From an uncultured delta proteobacterium (lineage in GTDB: Bacteria; Myxococcota_A; Polyangia; Fen-1088), in NCBI GenBank assembly GCA_963796685.1, contig CAWCMR010000005.1, positions 160,001 through 224,000 on the forward strand: a stretch of DNA of 64,000 nucleotides, in the 5' to 3' direction. Positions 51,376 through 60,660 of the stretch are shown one piece after another. The translations under genes were made by a program, and so were the position numbers. Position 1 is the first letter of the stretch, and each line of letters starts with the position of its first letter. The notes under the pieces are model-generated. The model made no database searches. It worked only from the letters and a program-made list of their open reading frames with translations, and was not told where the DNA came from.

Positions 51376-51552
51376 CGGAGATCCTCCGGAAAGCTGTCAA
51401 GGGCAAAACGTGGTTTTCACGCCCTCGAAAAGTATCATTGCACCCTGGACATGGAATAGTCCATAGTGGAATATAGTTTCATATGGAATATGCCGTCAGC
51501 CCACGGGGCCGGGCAGATCTGGGCTTACGATCTCGACAGCAAGGAGATCGCT

Positions 51553-51969
51553 GTGAAGAAAGGTCAGGCCACTTTGCTCAAGGACGTAGCCGACACCGGA
51601 CAGCCTGCCAATCGGCTGGCCACTGTCCGCAAAGCTCGCGGGGTGACTCAGGTCGACCTATCTGCCCGTCTCGGCATCACCCAGTCCATGTTGTCGAAGT
51701 ACGAGCGAGGTGATCTTCGCCTCCACGGCAACATGCTGGCGCAGCTCGCCGAGATTCTGTCGGTTTCCACCGACGAGCTTCTCGGCGTCCACGTCACGCC
51801 CCTGGCGACGCCGCCAGCGCTCAAGGACAAGCGACTGCGCCACCGCATTCACCAGATTGACCGTCTGTCCAAGCGCGATCGCGAGGCTCTCATCAGGACC
51901 ATCGATGCCTTCATCGGACGCGCTGAAATCGCCAACAATGATTCGGACTCACGGCGCAAGGCCGGATGA
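51553..51969 (+). CDS. XRE-family HTH repressor
   Basis: RKARGVTQVDLSARLGITQSMLSKYERG; AAGGAG RBS; divergent from primase remnant. Confidence 0.9.
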   Translation: MKKGQATLLKDVADTGQPANRLATVRKARGVTQVDLSARLGITQSMLSKYERGDLRLHGNMLAQLAEILSVSTDELLGVHVTPLATPPALKDKRLRHRIHQIDRLSKRDREALIRTIDAFIGRAEIANNDSDSRRKAG

Positions 51970-52004
51970 GGCACCATCAGCTAAAATCACCACCGGAGAT
52001 CGTC

Positions 52005-52208
52005 ATGGCCGCACCTGCACCTCAGCAGCTCTTCGAGAAGATCGCTCGTCTACCTCCTGCCCGTGTCGCAGAGGTCGAGGACTTCGTGGACTTCCTCGCC
52101 CTACGGAATACCGATCGTCAGCTCGCCCATGCCGCCGCCGCAGCTTCCGTGCCGGCCTTTGCCAAGGTCTGGGACAATCCCGAAGACGACGTCTACGACC
52201 AGACATAA
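52005..52208 (+). CDS. DUF2281-like antitoxin
   Basis: LPPARVAEVEDFVDFL...WDNPEDDVY; paralog of 61233-61436. Confidence 0.8.
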   Translation: MAAPAPQQLFEKIARLPPARVAEVEDFVDFLALRNTDRQLAHAAAAASVPAFAKVWDNPEDDVYDQT

Positions 52209-52217
52209 GGGTCCACC

Positions 52218-52445
52218 ATGCCCTACCATCTCATCTTGATGGCCATCACCAGCCAGATCCGCCCGTCACCAACCGTGGGAGAGATCGCCGTCGTGCACTG
52301 GCAAGCCGCCGGGCTGCTCAAGCCGTCTGTCATCAAGCCCCTACTCACTACCATCGAGGCCAGCCTGGTCATCCGTCAGCTCGGCAAGCTTCACGCCGAC
52401 GACCAAGACAGCCTACGCAAGGTTCTCGCTGCGGTCATCGGCTGA
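52218..52445 (+). pseudogene. PemK/MazF toxin with 36-codon in-frame deletion
   Basis: Aligns to 61451-61786 but lacks GDVIVVPFPFTD..KKRPAVV. Confidence 0.85.
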
Positions 52446-52480
52446 CGGCCGTGCTGGTTAGACAGAAAACTGCCTTGAAG

Positions 52481-52801
52481 TCACTTCCTAGGGGATTTCT
52501 CGGGAAATTCTAGCAGCTCCAAGGGGGGCAGGCCCGCGTCGGCTCGTCGCGCTCGCATCTCTCTTGCCCGCTTCTCCAAAACCCCCTCGCCGGTCTGCGC
52601 CTGACGGGGAAGAATGTTGGGCGTTCGTCTGTCCACACGAGGACACGGAGGAGGTACTGTACCGACGCTGTCCCACGGTAGCGGCCGAACAGACCCGTCC
52701 GGCTCGATCTCCATCCGAAGCACGCCATCTCCGATGAAACCATCTACGTATACTTCATACTCGCCTGGGAGTCCCAACATAGATTTCGGTGTCCGCGACA
52801 T
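52481..52801 (-). CDS. Hypothetical protein, candidate immunity gene of the orphan cassette
   Basis: Lower-GC ORF overlapping the 3' end of the orphan CT; start uncertain. Confidence 0.35.
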   Translation of the reverse strand: MSRTPKSMLGLPGEYEVYVDGFIGDGVLRMEIEPDGSVRPLPWDSVGTVPPPCPRVDRRTPNILPRQAQTGEGVLEKRAREMRARRADAGLPPLELLEFPEKSPRK

Positions 52802-53033
52802 TGTAGTCGACGCCGTACGAATCGAGTATCGGTTGTACTTTTCTAACGACCCAATCCTGAAATTCTGCCTTCGGTAACCCCTCGTATTTGCCTGTCCCGA
52901 TTTCTCCGGTTTCTTCAATGTAGTCCCAGCCCGTCAAGTTCTTGGCAAGTGGATTTCCCCCGAGCGCCTTGTCTATAGCGGCCTTACATTGCCCATTGCA
53001 GTTGGGCGCATCATAAGGTCCACCCCCCTGCTG
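52755..53033 (-). pseudogene. Start-less orphan toxin-CT-like cassette beginning QQGG
   Basis: 92-aa open frame QQGGGPYDAPNCNGQCKAAIDK...GTPRRV begins right after the preceding TAA, at the 12-bp junction. Confidence 0.6.
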
Positions 53034-53636
53034 TTACTTTACACCTCCATCTCGGCGAGTGTTCGAAGTAGGGCCGCTCGACGTACCGACAGATGTCGGC
53101 CTTGCGACAGATGAACTCTTGGCTCCACCAGCAGGCATCTCTAGCTTCAGGTTTCCGAGTTGGGAATCGAAGATTGATTCCGTGAAGCCAAAGATGTCGT
53201 CGTGCAAGGCCTCGACGACCCGCTCGTTGACGTCGAACTCCGCCACGCACCCTTCCGTCCTCCAGCAGTTGCCCCCCGGGACCTCCACACTGTGGTTAAT
53301 CGGAATCACCCATCCTGTGTAGCGCTTGGGAGAAATGATCCGGCACGTCGTCGCAGACCATGTGCGCTCGCCTTCACGGTCCAGAGCAAAGCGAGATCCC
53401 CCGAACTGCCGGAAACCGTTGTAGACAGCTTTGAGTCTTACGCGGGGCCCGGCGGCAATCCGTCGTCGTAGCTCAACCAAGTAATCGCGCGATCCTGGCG
53501 GGCTCGGCATCCCCTTCATCCATTCCAACTCCGACGCCGTCGTTCGACCGGCTCCCGCGCTCTCTGCGAATGCCTCCGAGAACATCAGAACGAATCCCAA
53601 GGCGATGGCGACAGACAACCGTGGTGAGAAGTTCAT
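53034..53636 (-). CDS. Exported putative immunity protein
   Basis: GAGGAGG RBS, signal peptide ending AFA, directly downstream of the HExxH ORF. Confidence 0.6.
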   Translation of the reverse strand: MNFSPRLSVAIALGFVLMFSEAFAESAGAGRTTASELEWMKGMPSPPGSRDYLVELRRRIAAGPRVRLKAVYNGFRQFGGSRFALDREGERTWSATTCRIISPKRYTGWVIPINHSVEVPGGNCWRTEGCVAEFDVNERVVEALHDDIFGFTESIFDSQLGNLKLEMPAGGAKSSSVARPTSVGTSSGPTSNTRRDGGVK

Positions 53637-53647
53637 GGTCAGCCTCC

Positions 53648-54454
53648 TCAATAGATCTGTGTAATGCTTGTCGGCGCAATCTGCCGATTGGTCAGGTTGC
53701 AGAGACTTCCAGACGCTGCCATTTGCGCGTTCAAGAATGACTCTATGCCCTGGTAGTTGATCTGCCCGCTACTGATCATACTCGGCAAGGGACCCAATGT
53801 AGCCTGAACGCCGCCAAAGGGCTGCAGCTTCATCGCAACATCGACGGTCGTCGCCCATGCCTCATACTCGGTCCCACCAAGCAGGTGAGTGTACTCGTGC
53901 ATGAATCCAATTACTGTACTTTCGGTCGATGCATTCTGGTTGATGTAGATGGCCGTGCGGTTTTCGCCGCCGTAGCGCGTCCAGGCAATGGCCTGATCCT
54001 TCACTATTACGGTCTTTCCGTCAGGTGTCTGAGCCACAACGTCACCTGGGTCGTATAGGTACACCTTGACGTTCTCATCCTGGAGAACTCCAATTGTACC
54101 GTCCGCACCAATCAGCCCAAGTCCCTTTCTGAGACTATCGCCCGTGACACTGTGCCTAAGAACATTCGGGGAGTTGTTGTCTACAGTGGTGCCTTTCGAA
54201 TCGAACGGTAGGTCGCCCCCCTGCTGTGTTTGGTCGCCCCACCGCGTCTCCACCGTAAACCAAGGCATTTCCCTGATGCCTTCCGCAGGCTTACGCCGCT
54301 TCGGCCGGGGTGCGACCTGCCGAAAATTTGTCGCGAGGCCCAGACGTGCGTTTTCGGATCTGCAACACCTCGGCCGAGGGCGCGTGCTGGCGCACCGACG
54401 GGTGTTCCCCGTCGAGACTTCTTTTTTAGCTGCCTGCTGCTGAGCCAGGACCAT
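53648..54454 (-). CDS. Constant leader + variable zincin-like toxin domain (allele 1)
   Basis: About 80 aa shared with 62510-63331 up to GDQTQQGG, then unrelated lower-GC domain with MHEYTH..EYEAW; true start uncertain. Confidence 0.65.
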   Translation of the reverse strand: MVLAQQQAAKKEVSTGNTRRCASTRPRPRCCRSENARLGLATNFRQVAPRPKRRKPAEGIREMPWFTVETRWGDQTQQGGDLPFDSKGTTVDNNSPNVLRHSVTGDSLRKGLGLIGADGTIGVLQDENVKVYLYDPGDVVAQTPDGKTVIVKDQAIAWTRYGGENRTAIYINQNASTESTVIGFMHEYTHLLGGTEYEAWATTVDVAMKLQPFGGVQATLGPLPSMISSGQINYQGIESFLNAQMAASGSLCNLTNRQIAPTSITQIY

Positions 54455-54590
54455 CGTGGTGCTGCCGATTCTACCGGGAAGGGCGATTAAGGGAAGGAAG
54501 TCGCCAAGACCGACGGTGGCGCCGGCGAGACGCGCGGCGAGCCCGTCGCCAGCGAGCCAGCGGCGAGCCGGCCCCAGATGGTCGGGCCTC
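54216..54590 (-). repeat. Conserved unit-end segment, copy 1
   Basis: Direct repeat of 63090-63470; hairpins AAGGCAT-7-ATGCCTT, CCGAAAA..TTTTCGG, CCTCGGCCGAGG. Confidence 0.9.
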
Positions 54591-54669
54591 CGACGGTCGT
54601 GTAGAGTTCAAGGCCCAATACTTCTCCCAACGACGGGCAGCTTCCGGTAGAAATGAAGGCACGGCGACC

Positions 54670-54894
54670 ATGCCACCGCTTCCCATCATCTCCGGCGCTG
54701 ACTGCATTCAGGCTCTGCGAAAATTTGGATACGAGTTCGCCCGGCAGAATGGCAGCCACGTGCGCTTGGTGTGTCCCGGACGGATGCCCGTGACCGTACC
54801 GATGCACAAGCCGATCAAGCGCGGGACCCTGCGATCGATTCTCCGCACTGCCGAGATCGAGGTCGAGGTATTCGTGACCGCGTTACGTCGCTAG
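54670..54894 (+). CDS. hicA: HicA toxin
   Basis: ALRKFGY..RQNGSH, VTVPMH..IKRGTLRSIL. Confidence 0.9.
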   Translation: MPPLPIISGADCIQALRKFGYEFARQNGSHVRLVCPGRMPVTVPMHKPIKRGTLRSILRTAEIEVEVFVTALRR

Positions 54895-55109
54895 ACCGCG
54901 ACCTTCGTGATCTCGATTTGGCCCGGCAGCGTCCAGCCTTCGGCTGCCTGATTTTCAAGGCACAGCTCGATGGCTTCGCGGATGTTGGCCAGGGCCTCGT
55001 CCCGGGTGTCGCCCTGGCTGATGCAGCCTGGGATCACAGGACACTCGACGACAAAACCGCCATCTTCGTCGGGCGTCAAAATCACGGGCAGTTCATGCGC
55101 GGTGGCCAT
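54891..55109 (-). CDS. hicB: Short HicB antitoxin without DNA-binding domain
   Basis: DEDGGFVVECPVIPGCISQGDTRDEALANIREAI. Confidence 0.9.
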   Translation of the reverse strand: MATAHELPVILTPDEDGGFVVECPVIPGCISQGDTRDEALANIREAIELCLENQAAEGWTLPGQIEITKVAV

Positions 55110-56187
55110 GGGCCTAGTCTACCAGATTCTGGGACCAGGTCTTGGAGGGGAGCGGACCGACGATTGCCGGCGGCGAGCGCAGCGAGCCGCCTGTGCAATC
55201 GGCGGGACGCGAGCCGGGCGAGATGATGACCCTGTTCATGCTGATCGTCGAGGCGGAGGGCGCAAGCGGGAGCGGCAGAGGCGCCGTGGCCGGCGCCGGA
55301 GCCGCGGTGCCCAAAGAGCGCGCCGTCGGCCGAGGCACGATGCCTGCCCCTCGCCAGCCGGGCCCCGCACACGCGTGCAATGCACGCTGCAGGACGGCTC
55401 GGCCGCCGGACCGGGGCCCGTGGTCCGGCGCCGTTTCCCCCTAGGCGGAGCGGGCGGCGCCGTCCGCGGCGCTCAGATCGCCCGCGTAGCCAGAGCGCCC
55501 CTCCCCTTTGGGGATTCCTTAAAAAAAGGGGGTGCCAGGGGAGGGGTGTCCAGAGGGGAGGGGCGCGGCGGGGGAAACGGCGGCCAAAGCGTGCTTGCAC
55601 GCGTGTGCGTAAGGGGCCCGGCGTCGACCGTGGCGCGATGTCGGCGCCAGGCGCGCGCCGTGGTTTTGTGCACGATCGCCGCGCTGGCGAGCGAGAGCTG
55701 TCGTCGCCGCTTTCCCGGATGCAGCGACCATGCCGAGGCGTCCGATGCGAGCACAAGTTGACCGCCGCTGCGTCCCCGATGGCACTTGCGAGCGAGGCGC
55801 CGCGGCATGGGAGCGTCTACCGTGTGCCGCCGCTTTCTCCGATGGAGTCGCGCGCGCGTGCGCCCGGCAGGGGGCACGCGCGCACGACGGGGCTCGGGCG
55901 AAGATCGCGGCGCTGAGCGCCTGCACGATGGAGTGGACTGGGCCTTGCCAGCGCGAGCGCGGCGCTGGCCGGCGCTCATGTCCCGCGCACCCGCGCGCGA
56001 GCGCGTGCAAGGACCAGGACGCGGTGACCTCGGCACGGATCGCGGCGCTGCGAGCCTCGCACCACCCCGATGGAGCGGGCGCCCGTGCGGTCGCAGCTTG
56101 AGGAAATGCTGTGGCCCAGCTGAAGGTGGAGCGACGGCACGGGCGCCCGCGGGGCCGCAGGCACGGAGCGCGGCTCCCAGCCGCGGC

Positions 56188-56541
56188 TCAAGCGTGGCCA
56201 GATTGCCGCCGCTGGATCACGGTCTCGGTCTCGGCAAGCCACGCCTCGATGGCATCACCACCACCTTGTCCCGCCGCGATCATCAGCTTGCCCAGCATCA
56301 CCAAGCTCGTGCCGTCCAAGTTGTAAAAGACCTCGCCCACGGTCACGTGGCTGCAAGCGGTCCACAACGACCACGCCACCAGCAGCAGCAAGCGCTCGCC
56401 ACTCGACAATGGCCCGCCGCCGTGTTCTGCCAGATCCCTGGCCAGCACCGTCGGTCCCGCGTCGGTCCACAGCTCGGTCAGCCGAGCTCGAGCACAGAAT
56501 GCCCGGCACACCCGCGAAAGTTGCGACTCTGAGCTAAACAC
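56188..56541 (-). CDS. Hypothetical protein coupled to the recombinase gene
   Basis: GAGGAGG RBS; 8-nt overlap with the recombinase stop. Confidence 0.6.
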   Translation of the reverse strand: MFSSESQLSRVCRAFCARARLTELWTDAGPTVLARDLAEHGGGPLSSGERLLLLVAWSLWTACSHVTVGEVFYNLDGTSLVMLGKLMIAAGQGGGDAIEAWLAETETVIQRRQSGHA

Positions 56542-57592
56542 GATCGTCCTCCTCCTCGCCGGACTCGGCGGCTAAAGTAGAAAGCAATTCCTCGGCGTCC
56601 TTCTCGCTGACCGCCGGCTTCTGGCCAGATTCCCGTCGACCGAGATGCGCCCCGGGGTGGGTCAGCTCGTGCACTTCCTTCAGCTTCTTGATCGATACCA
56701 GGGTGTAGATGCTCGTCGTCTCCAGGCTCGCGTGCCCTAGCATCGCCTGGATGAAGCGGATGTCCGCCCCGCTTTCCAGCATCAAGGTGGCCATCGTGTG
56801 ACGGAAAAGATGGCAACTCCCCACCTTGCCGATTTTCGCCTGCTCGATGTAGCCCCGCACGATGTCCGTCAGCGTGTGCGGCATGAAGCCGTTCCCGAGG
56901 TGCGAGATAAACAGCACGCCCTCGTCCGGCTCCACCACGTCCTTGGGCCGTACCTCGACGAGGTACTTTTCGATCCAGGAAAGCGCACGCTCGCCGATGG
57001 GCACCACACGATCTTTCCGGCCCTTCCCGAGCCGCACCATCAGCGTGCCGGCCTCTGGCTGCACGTCGTAGATCCCAAGCCTGACCAGCTCGCTCCGCCG
57101 GATCCCTGTCGAATACAGCGTCTCCAGCATCGCCCGGTCTCGGATCCCGCTTGGTTTCGTCACGTCCGGCAAGCTCAGGACGTGTTCCACCTCGGCGATG
57201 GTCAGCACGTCCCGCGGCAGCCGCCGATCCAGCCGAGGCAGATCGATCTCAGAAGCCGGATTGAAAAGGATCATGTTCGACTTCGCCATCCACTTGAAGA
57301 AGGCCAGCACCGCCGCCAGCCGCTTGTGTTGCGAGGCGATGGTCAGCGGCTTACCGAGCTTCGTCCGGTAGTAGAAGAGCCAGCGCTGGTAGCGCTCCAA
57401 GATCGGCCGCGTGACCTCCGTCGGGTTGCGCAGGCTGCGCTCTTCGCACCAATTGAAGAAAGCCCGCAGGTTGCCCTCGTTCCACTCGATGGTTCCCGGC
57501 GAAAAGTGCTTCGCCCGCCGCATGTCCAGAAACTCGGCAGCTCGTGCCCCGAGCGTCCCGTAGCTTGCAAGCTCGCGCAGTTTCCTGGCCAT
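56534..57592 (-). CDS. XerC/XerD-like tyrosine recombinase
   Basis: RDRAMLETLYSTGIRRSE, GKGRKDR, HLFRH, LGHASLETTSIYT; 1-nt overlap with primase stop. Confidence 0.95.
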   Translation of the reverse strand: MARKLRELASYGTLGARAAEFLDMRRAKHFSPGTIEWNEGNLRAFFNWCEERSLRNPTEVTRPILERYQRWLFYYRTKLGKPLTIASQHKRLAAVLAFFKWMAKSNMILFNPASEIDLPRLDRRLPRDVLTIAEVEHVLSLPDVTKPSGIRDRAMLETLYSTGIRRSELVRLGIYDVQPEAGTLMVRLGKGRKDRVVPIGERALSWIEKYLVEVRPKDVVEPDEGVLFISHLGNGFMPHTLTDIVRGYIEQAKIGKVGSCHLFRHTMATLMLESGADIRFIQAMLGHASLETTSIYTLVSIKKLKEVHELTHPGAHLGRRESGQKPAVSEKDAEELLSTLAAESGEEEDDRV

Positions 57593-60500
57593 CAGTTCAC
57601 CTTGGCCGCGGCTGCGAGTACGACGGGCACATCAGGGTACGATGCGATTTTGGGCTCTACCCCCCTATGTGCTGTTTTCGGGTCAAAACGCCCGTTTTCA
57701 CCATTTCCATCGGGAATTGCAGCCGAAAGCTCACCCCGACCACCCCCCGACACCCCCCCGACTTCGGCCCGACTTGGCCCCGACTTCTTTGCCTCCAGCC
57801 CCGACCACCCGGCCAATACCCCCGACTTCTTTTCGTCGTACCCCAAGCTTCCAGGCTCGATCAGCCCAGACAGAAACGGCGTCCCGTCCTTGCCCTTGCC
57901 ATCATAGGCCAGCTCGTAGACAAAGCCCTGGCCCCGACTCCCGCGGTGCACCGCCAGGTATTCCAGATCTTCCAGGCGCCCAAGGTGGATCTTGAGCTGC
58001 GTGTTCCCCCAGCCGGTCGCGTCCCGCACCTCCCGCCGGCTGAAACGAAAATCCTTCCGCTCCATGCCCAGCCGCTGGCACTCCGCCGTCACGTACGCAT
58101 CTACCAGCAGCAAAAGCCGCCGCGTCTGCGGTGGCAGCTCGTCGAGCGATCGCCCAAGCACCTGGTCGGCCAGGCGGTTTGCCACCGAAATATCATCGAG
58201 AGTGACCTCGATGTACTCGATGGCCTGCACGTCCTGCTGTGCGGTCTTCACCGGCCGTTGATGCTGGTGGAGCAGTGCCACCGTCTCGATCAGCGTCAGG
58301 TATTTCATGTGGTCCCGTCGCGTTCGCGTCTGCCGATCTACAAACGTGAGGTCACGGGCATAGGGGTTCACCACCATCAGCGGACGCAGCAGGCGCTGCG
58401 CGTTCCGGTGGACCTTCAGCACGTCCTTCTTCCCCGCCCGTGCCAGCCGTCCCTCCAGCGTGTGTGCTTCGCGCTGGATCTTGTGAATGGCCTGCGTCTG
58501 CTCCCGGTCTTCGTCGACGGTCAGCACCAGGCACCGATTCAAAAGCTCCTCGTCGATCTCGATCGCCGTCGTGGTCAGAAAGATCATCACCGGTCCCTCG
58601 ACCCGGTATTCGTGCGTGATCAGCTTGCCGCTCTCTGGATCTTTGCCAGTGGATGCGATGGTCAGCTCGCCTTCGCTCTGCAAGACCTTCAGTGCGTACG
58701 AGGCCCGCGAGGCGCCTTCTTCCTCGACGATGGCGAGGATCTTGTGTTTCAGATTCGTCTCGCCCATGTAGAAGAGCGACTGTCCAGTCATCGCCGCGTA
58801 CTTCACCCGCTCTTCCTCGGGCACGAAGGCCAAGACCGCTTCCATCAGCGACGATTTCCCCGCTGCCGACGACGACTGGATCACCACCGCCAGGGGATCT
58901 TCCAGCTTGCGCGACACCGCCGCCAGGTAGCCGACGAGCTTGTTGGTTTCCTCGCCCACCACCCCGCAGCGACGGAAATCTTCGAGGATCCGATCGAGCA
59001 GCCGAGGATCTTTCAGCAGTGCCAGCGCCGCCGCCGTCTCCTCGTCGCTGAGCCGCACCGTCGTGTCTTTCGGCGCCAGTGCAGCCCGAATCTGCTGGTC
59101 TTGTAGTTGTTCCAGCTTCAGCAGCACCTTGCCCAGATCGGCCTTGATCACATCCTCAGTCACGCCAATCTCAAGCGCAGCCTGTTTCACGTAGATCGCG
59201 CGCTGTCGGGCGCCGTACACGTCCAAGGTGTCGACGTGGAAATGCTCGCCGCGACCGACGTGCAGGTTCACCTTCAGTGAGTCGAAGGCCGTGTTCTTCG
59301 CCAGGCCACGCACCCGATAACGACGGTCGCCGAAGCAAAAAATCACGTCTTCGCCCTGATGTTCGCACGGCACGTCTGCCACCGACACAGCCTCGGGCGC
59401 CGTCGTTTCTAAGATCGTCACCGGTGGTGGCTCCAGCGTGGCCTCCGTAGTAGGCGGGGGCTCAGCGTTGGCGGCTAAAGGAAGAGGGGCCGCCACGACT
59501 TCCGACTGCGGCGCTGGCGCCGCCGTGTCCACGGTGAGTTCGCGTTTTTCGCCCTTGCCCATGAAGACCGCGCTTTTCAGCGCCAGTTCCAGCGACTTCG
59601 CGGCCGGCGTCACCTTGCATGCGTATTCGTTCGCGTCCATGTCGCGAGGAAATTGCACGCGGTAGCACGAGATGCCCGCAGCCATCATCTGTGCGGCCAC
59701 CTTCTCCGCGCCACGCTCGCCGGCTTCGTCACGGTCAAACGCGATCAGCACCTGCGTGGTCCCGTAGCGCTTGAAGGCTGCCAGATGCTCGGCAATCGGG
59801 CTTTCCACCCCATAGATCGAGGTGACGTTGCGGAAGCCGTGGCACCAGAAGGTCAGGGCATCGATCAGCGCCTCGCACAGGATGATCGACTTCGACACCC
59901 GCAAGGCTTCCCAGTTGAAGATCCCTCGGTGCGGGCCGGGCAGATACATATGCAGGGGCGTTCCCTCGCGCAGCCCTGCTGTGATCTTCCGCCCGTACAT
60001 CCCCGCCACGTTTCCTTCTTCGTCGAAGATCGGGATCACCACCGAGCCGGTCATGTGCTCGTGCCCGCTCTCCCGCAAAATTCCCAGCTTCTGTAGCCGC
60101 CCCCGGATCTCGCTGCCGGCCTTCCACGCCCGCATCGGCAAGCGCAGCCCCAGCGTCCGGTTGGCGAAGCCCAGCTTAAAGCGGTCGATCATCTCCGACG
60201 ATTGCAGCCCCCGCCCTTCCAGGTACTTCACCGCCTCCGGGCTCTGCTTCAGCGTCTCGTGGTAGTAGCCCACCACCTGCGCCATGATCTCCCGGTCATC
60301 CGCATCCGCCTGCACAGGCGCCGCCAGTTTCCGGATCGTCGCCGTCTTCACCACGTTCGTCGACGGCGACGTCAAAGGCAGATCGGCCCGCAGCAGTTCC
60401 ACCGCGTGCCGAAAGGAAACGCCCTCGGCCTTCATCACCCAGTCGATCACCGACCCGCCCACCTGGCAGGCACCGAGGCAGTGCCAAAGGTTCTTCCGAG

Positions 60501-60660
60501 AGCTGATCACCAGCGACGGCTTCTTGTCGTCGTGAAACGGACACAGGCCAATCAAGTCCGCCCCCTGCCGCTTCAGTACCACGCCCCGTGCCTCCGCCAG
60601 CCGCTGCACCGACACCTCGGACTTCAGCTTCTCGATCTCGGACTCCGGGATTCGGGCCAC
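57592..60660 (-). CDS. Primase-like replication protein: CHC2 zinc finger + TOPRIM + P-loop NTPase
   Basis: CPFHDD..WHCLGAC, CEALIDAL, FDRDEAG, DANE, Walker A SSSAAGKS. Confidence 0.9.
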   Translation of the reverse strand: MARIPESEIEKLKSEVSVQRLAEARGVVLKRQGADLIGLCPFHDDKKPSLVISSRKNLWHCLGACQVGGSVIDWVMKAEGVSFRHAVELLRADLPLTSPSTNVVKTATIRKLAAPVQADADDREIMAQVVGYYHETLKQSPEAVKYLEGRGLQSSEMIDRFKLGFANRTLGLRLPMRAWKAGSEIRGRLQKLGILRESGHEHMTGSVVIPIFDEEGNVAGMYGRKITAGLREGTPLHMYLPGPHRGIFNWEALRVSKSIILCEALIDALTFWCHGFRNVTSIYGVESPIAEHLAAFKRYGTTQVLIAFDRDEAGERGAEKVAAQMMAAGISCYRVQFPRDMDANEYACKVTPAAKSLELALKSAVFMGKGEKRELTVDTAAPAPQSEVVAAPLPLAANAEPPPTTEATLEPPPVTILETTAPEAVSVADVPCEHQGEDVIFCFGDRRYRVRGLAKNTAFDSLKVNLHVGRGEHFHVDTLDVYGARQRAIYVKQAALEIGVTEDVIKADLGKVLLKLEQLQDQQIRAALAPKDTTVRLSDEETAAALALLKDPRLLDRILEDFRRCGVVGEETNKLVGYLAAVSRKLEDPLAVVIQSSSAAGKSSLMEAVLAFVPEEERVKYAAMTGQSLFYMGETNLKHKILAIVEEEGASRASYALKVLQSEGELTIASTGKDPESGKLITHEYRVEGPVMIFLTTTAIEIDEELLNRCLVLTVDEDREQTQAIHKIQREAHTLEGRLARAGKKDVLKVHRNAQRLLRPLMVVNPYARDLTFVDRQTRTRRDHMKYLTLIETVALLHQHQRPVKTAQQDVQAIEYIEVTLDDISVANRLADQVLGRSLDELPPQTRRLLLLVDAYVTAECQRLGMERKDFRFSRREVRDATGWGNTQLKIHLGRLEDLEYLAVHRGSRGQGFVYELAYDGKGKDGTPFLSGLIEPGSLGYDEKKSGVLAGWSGLEAKKSGPSRAEVGGVSGGGRGELSAAIPDGNGENGRFDPKTAHRGVEPKIASYPDVPVVLAAAAKVN

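Noticed and set aside
56534-60660. Prophage, ICE or integron interpretation
   Set aside because: No structural, conjugation or packaging genes; no IntI-specific insertion or attC-like sites recognised; no canonical dif site seen
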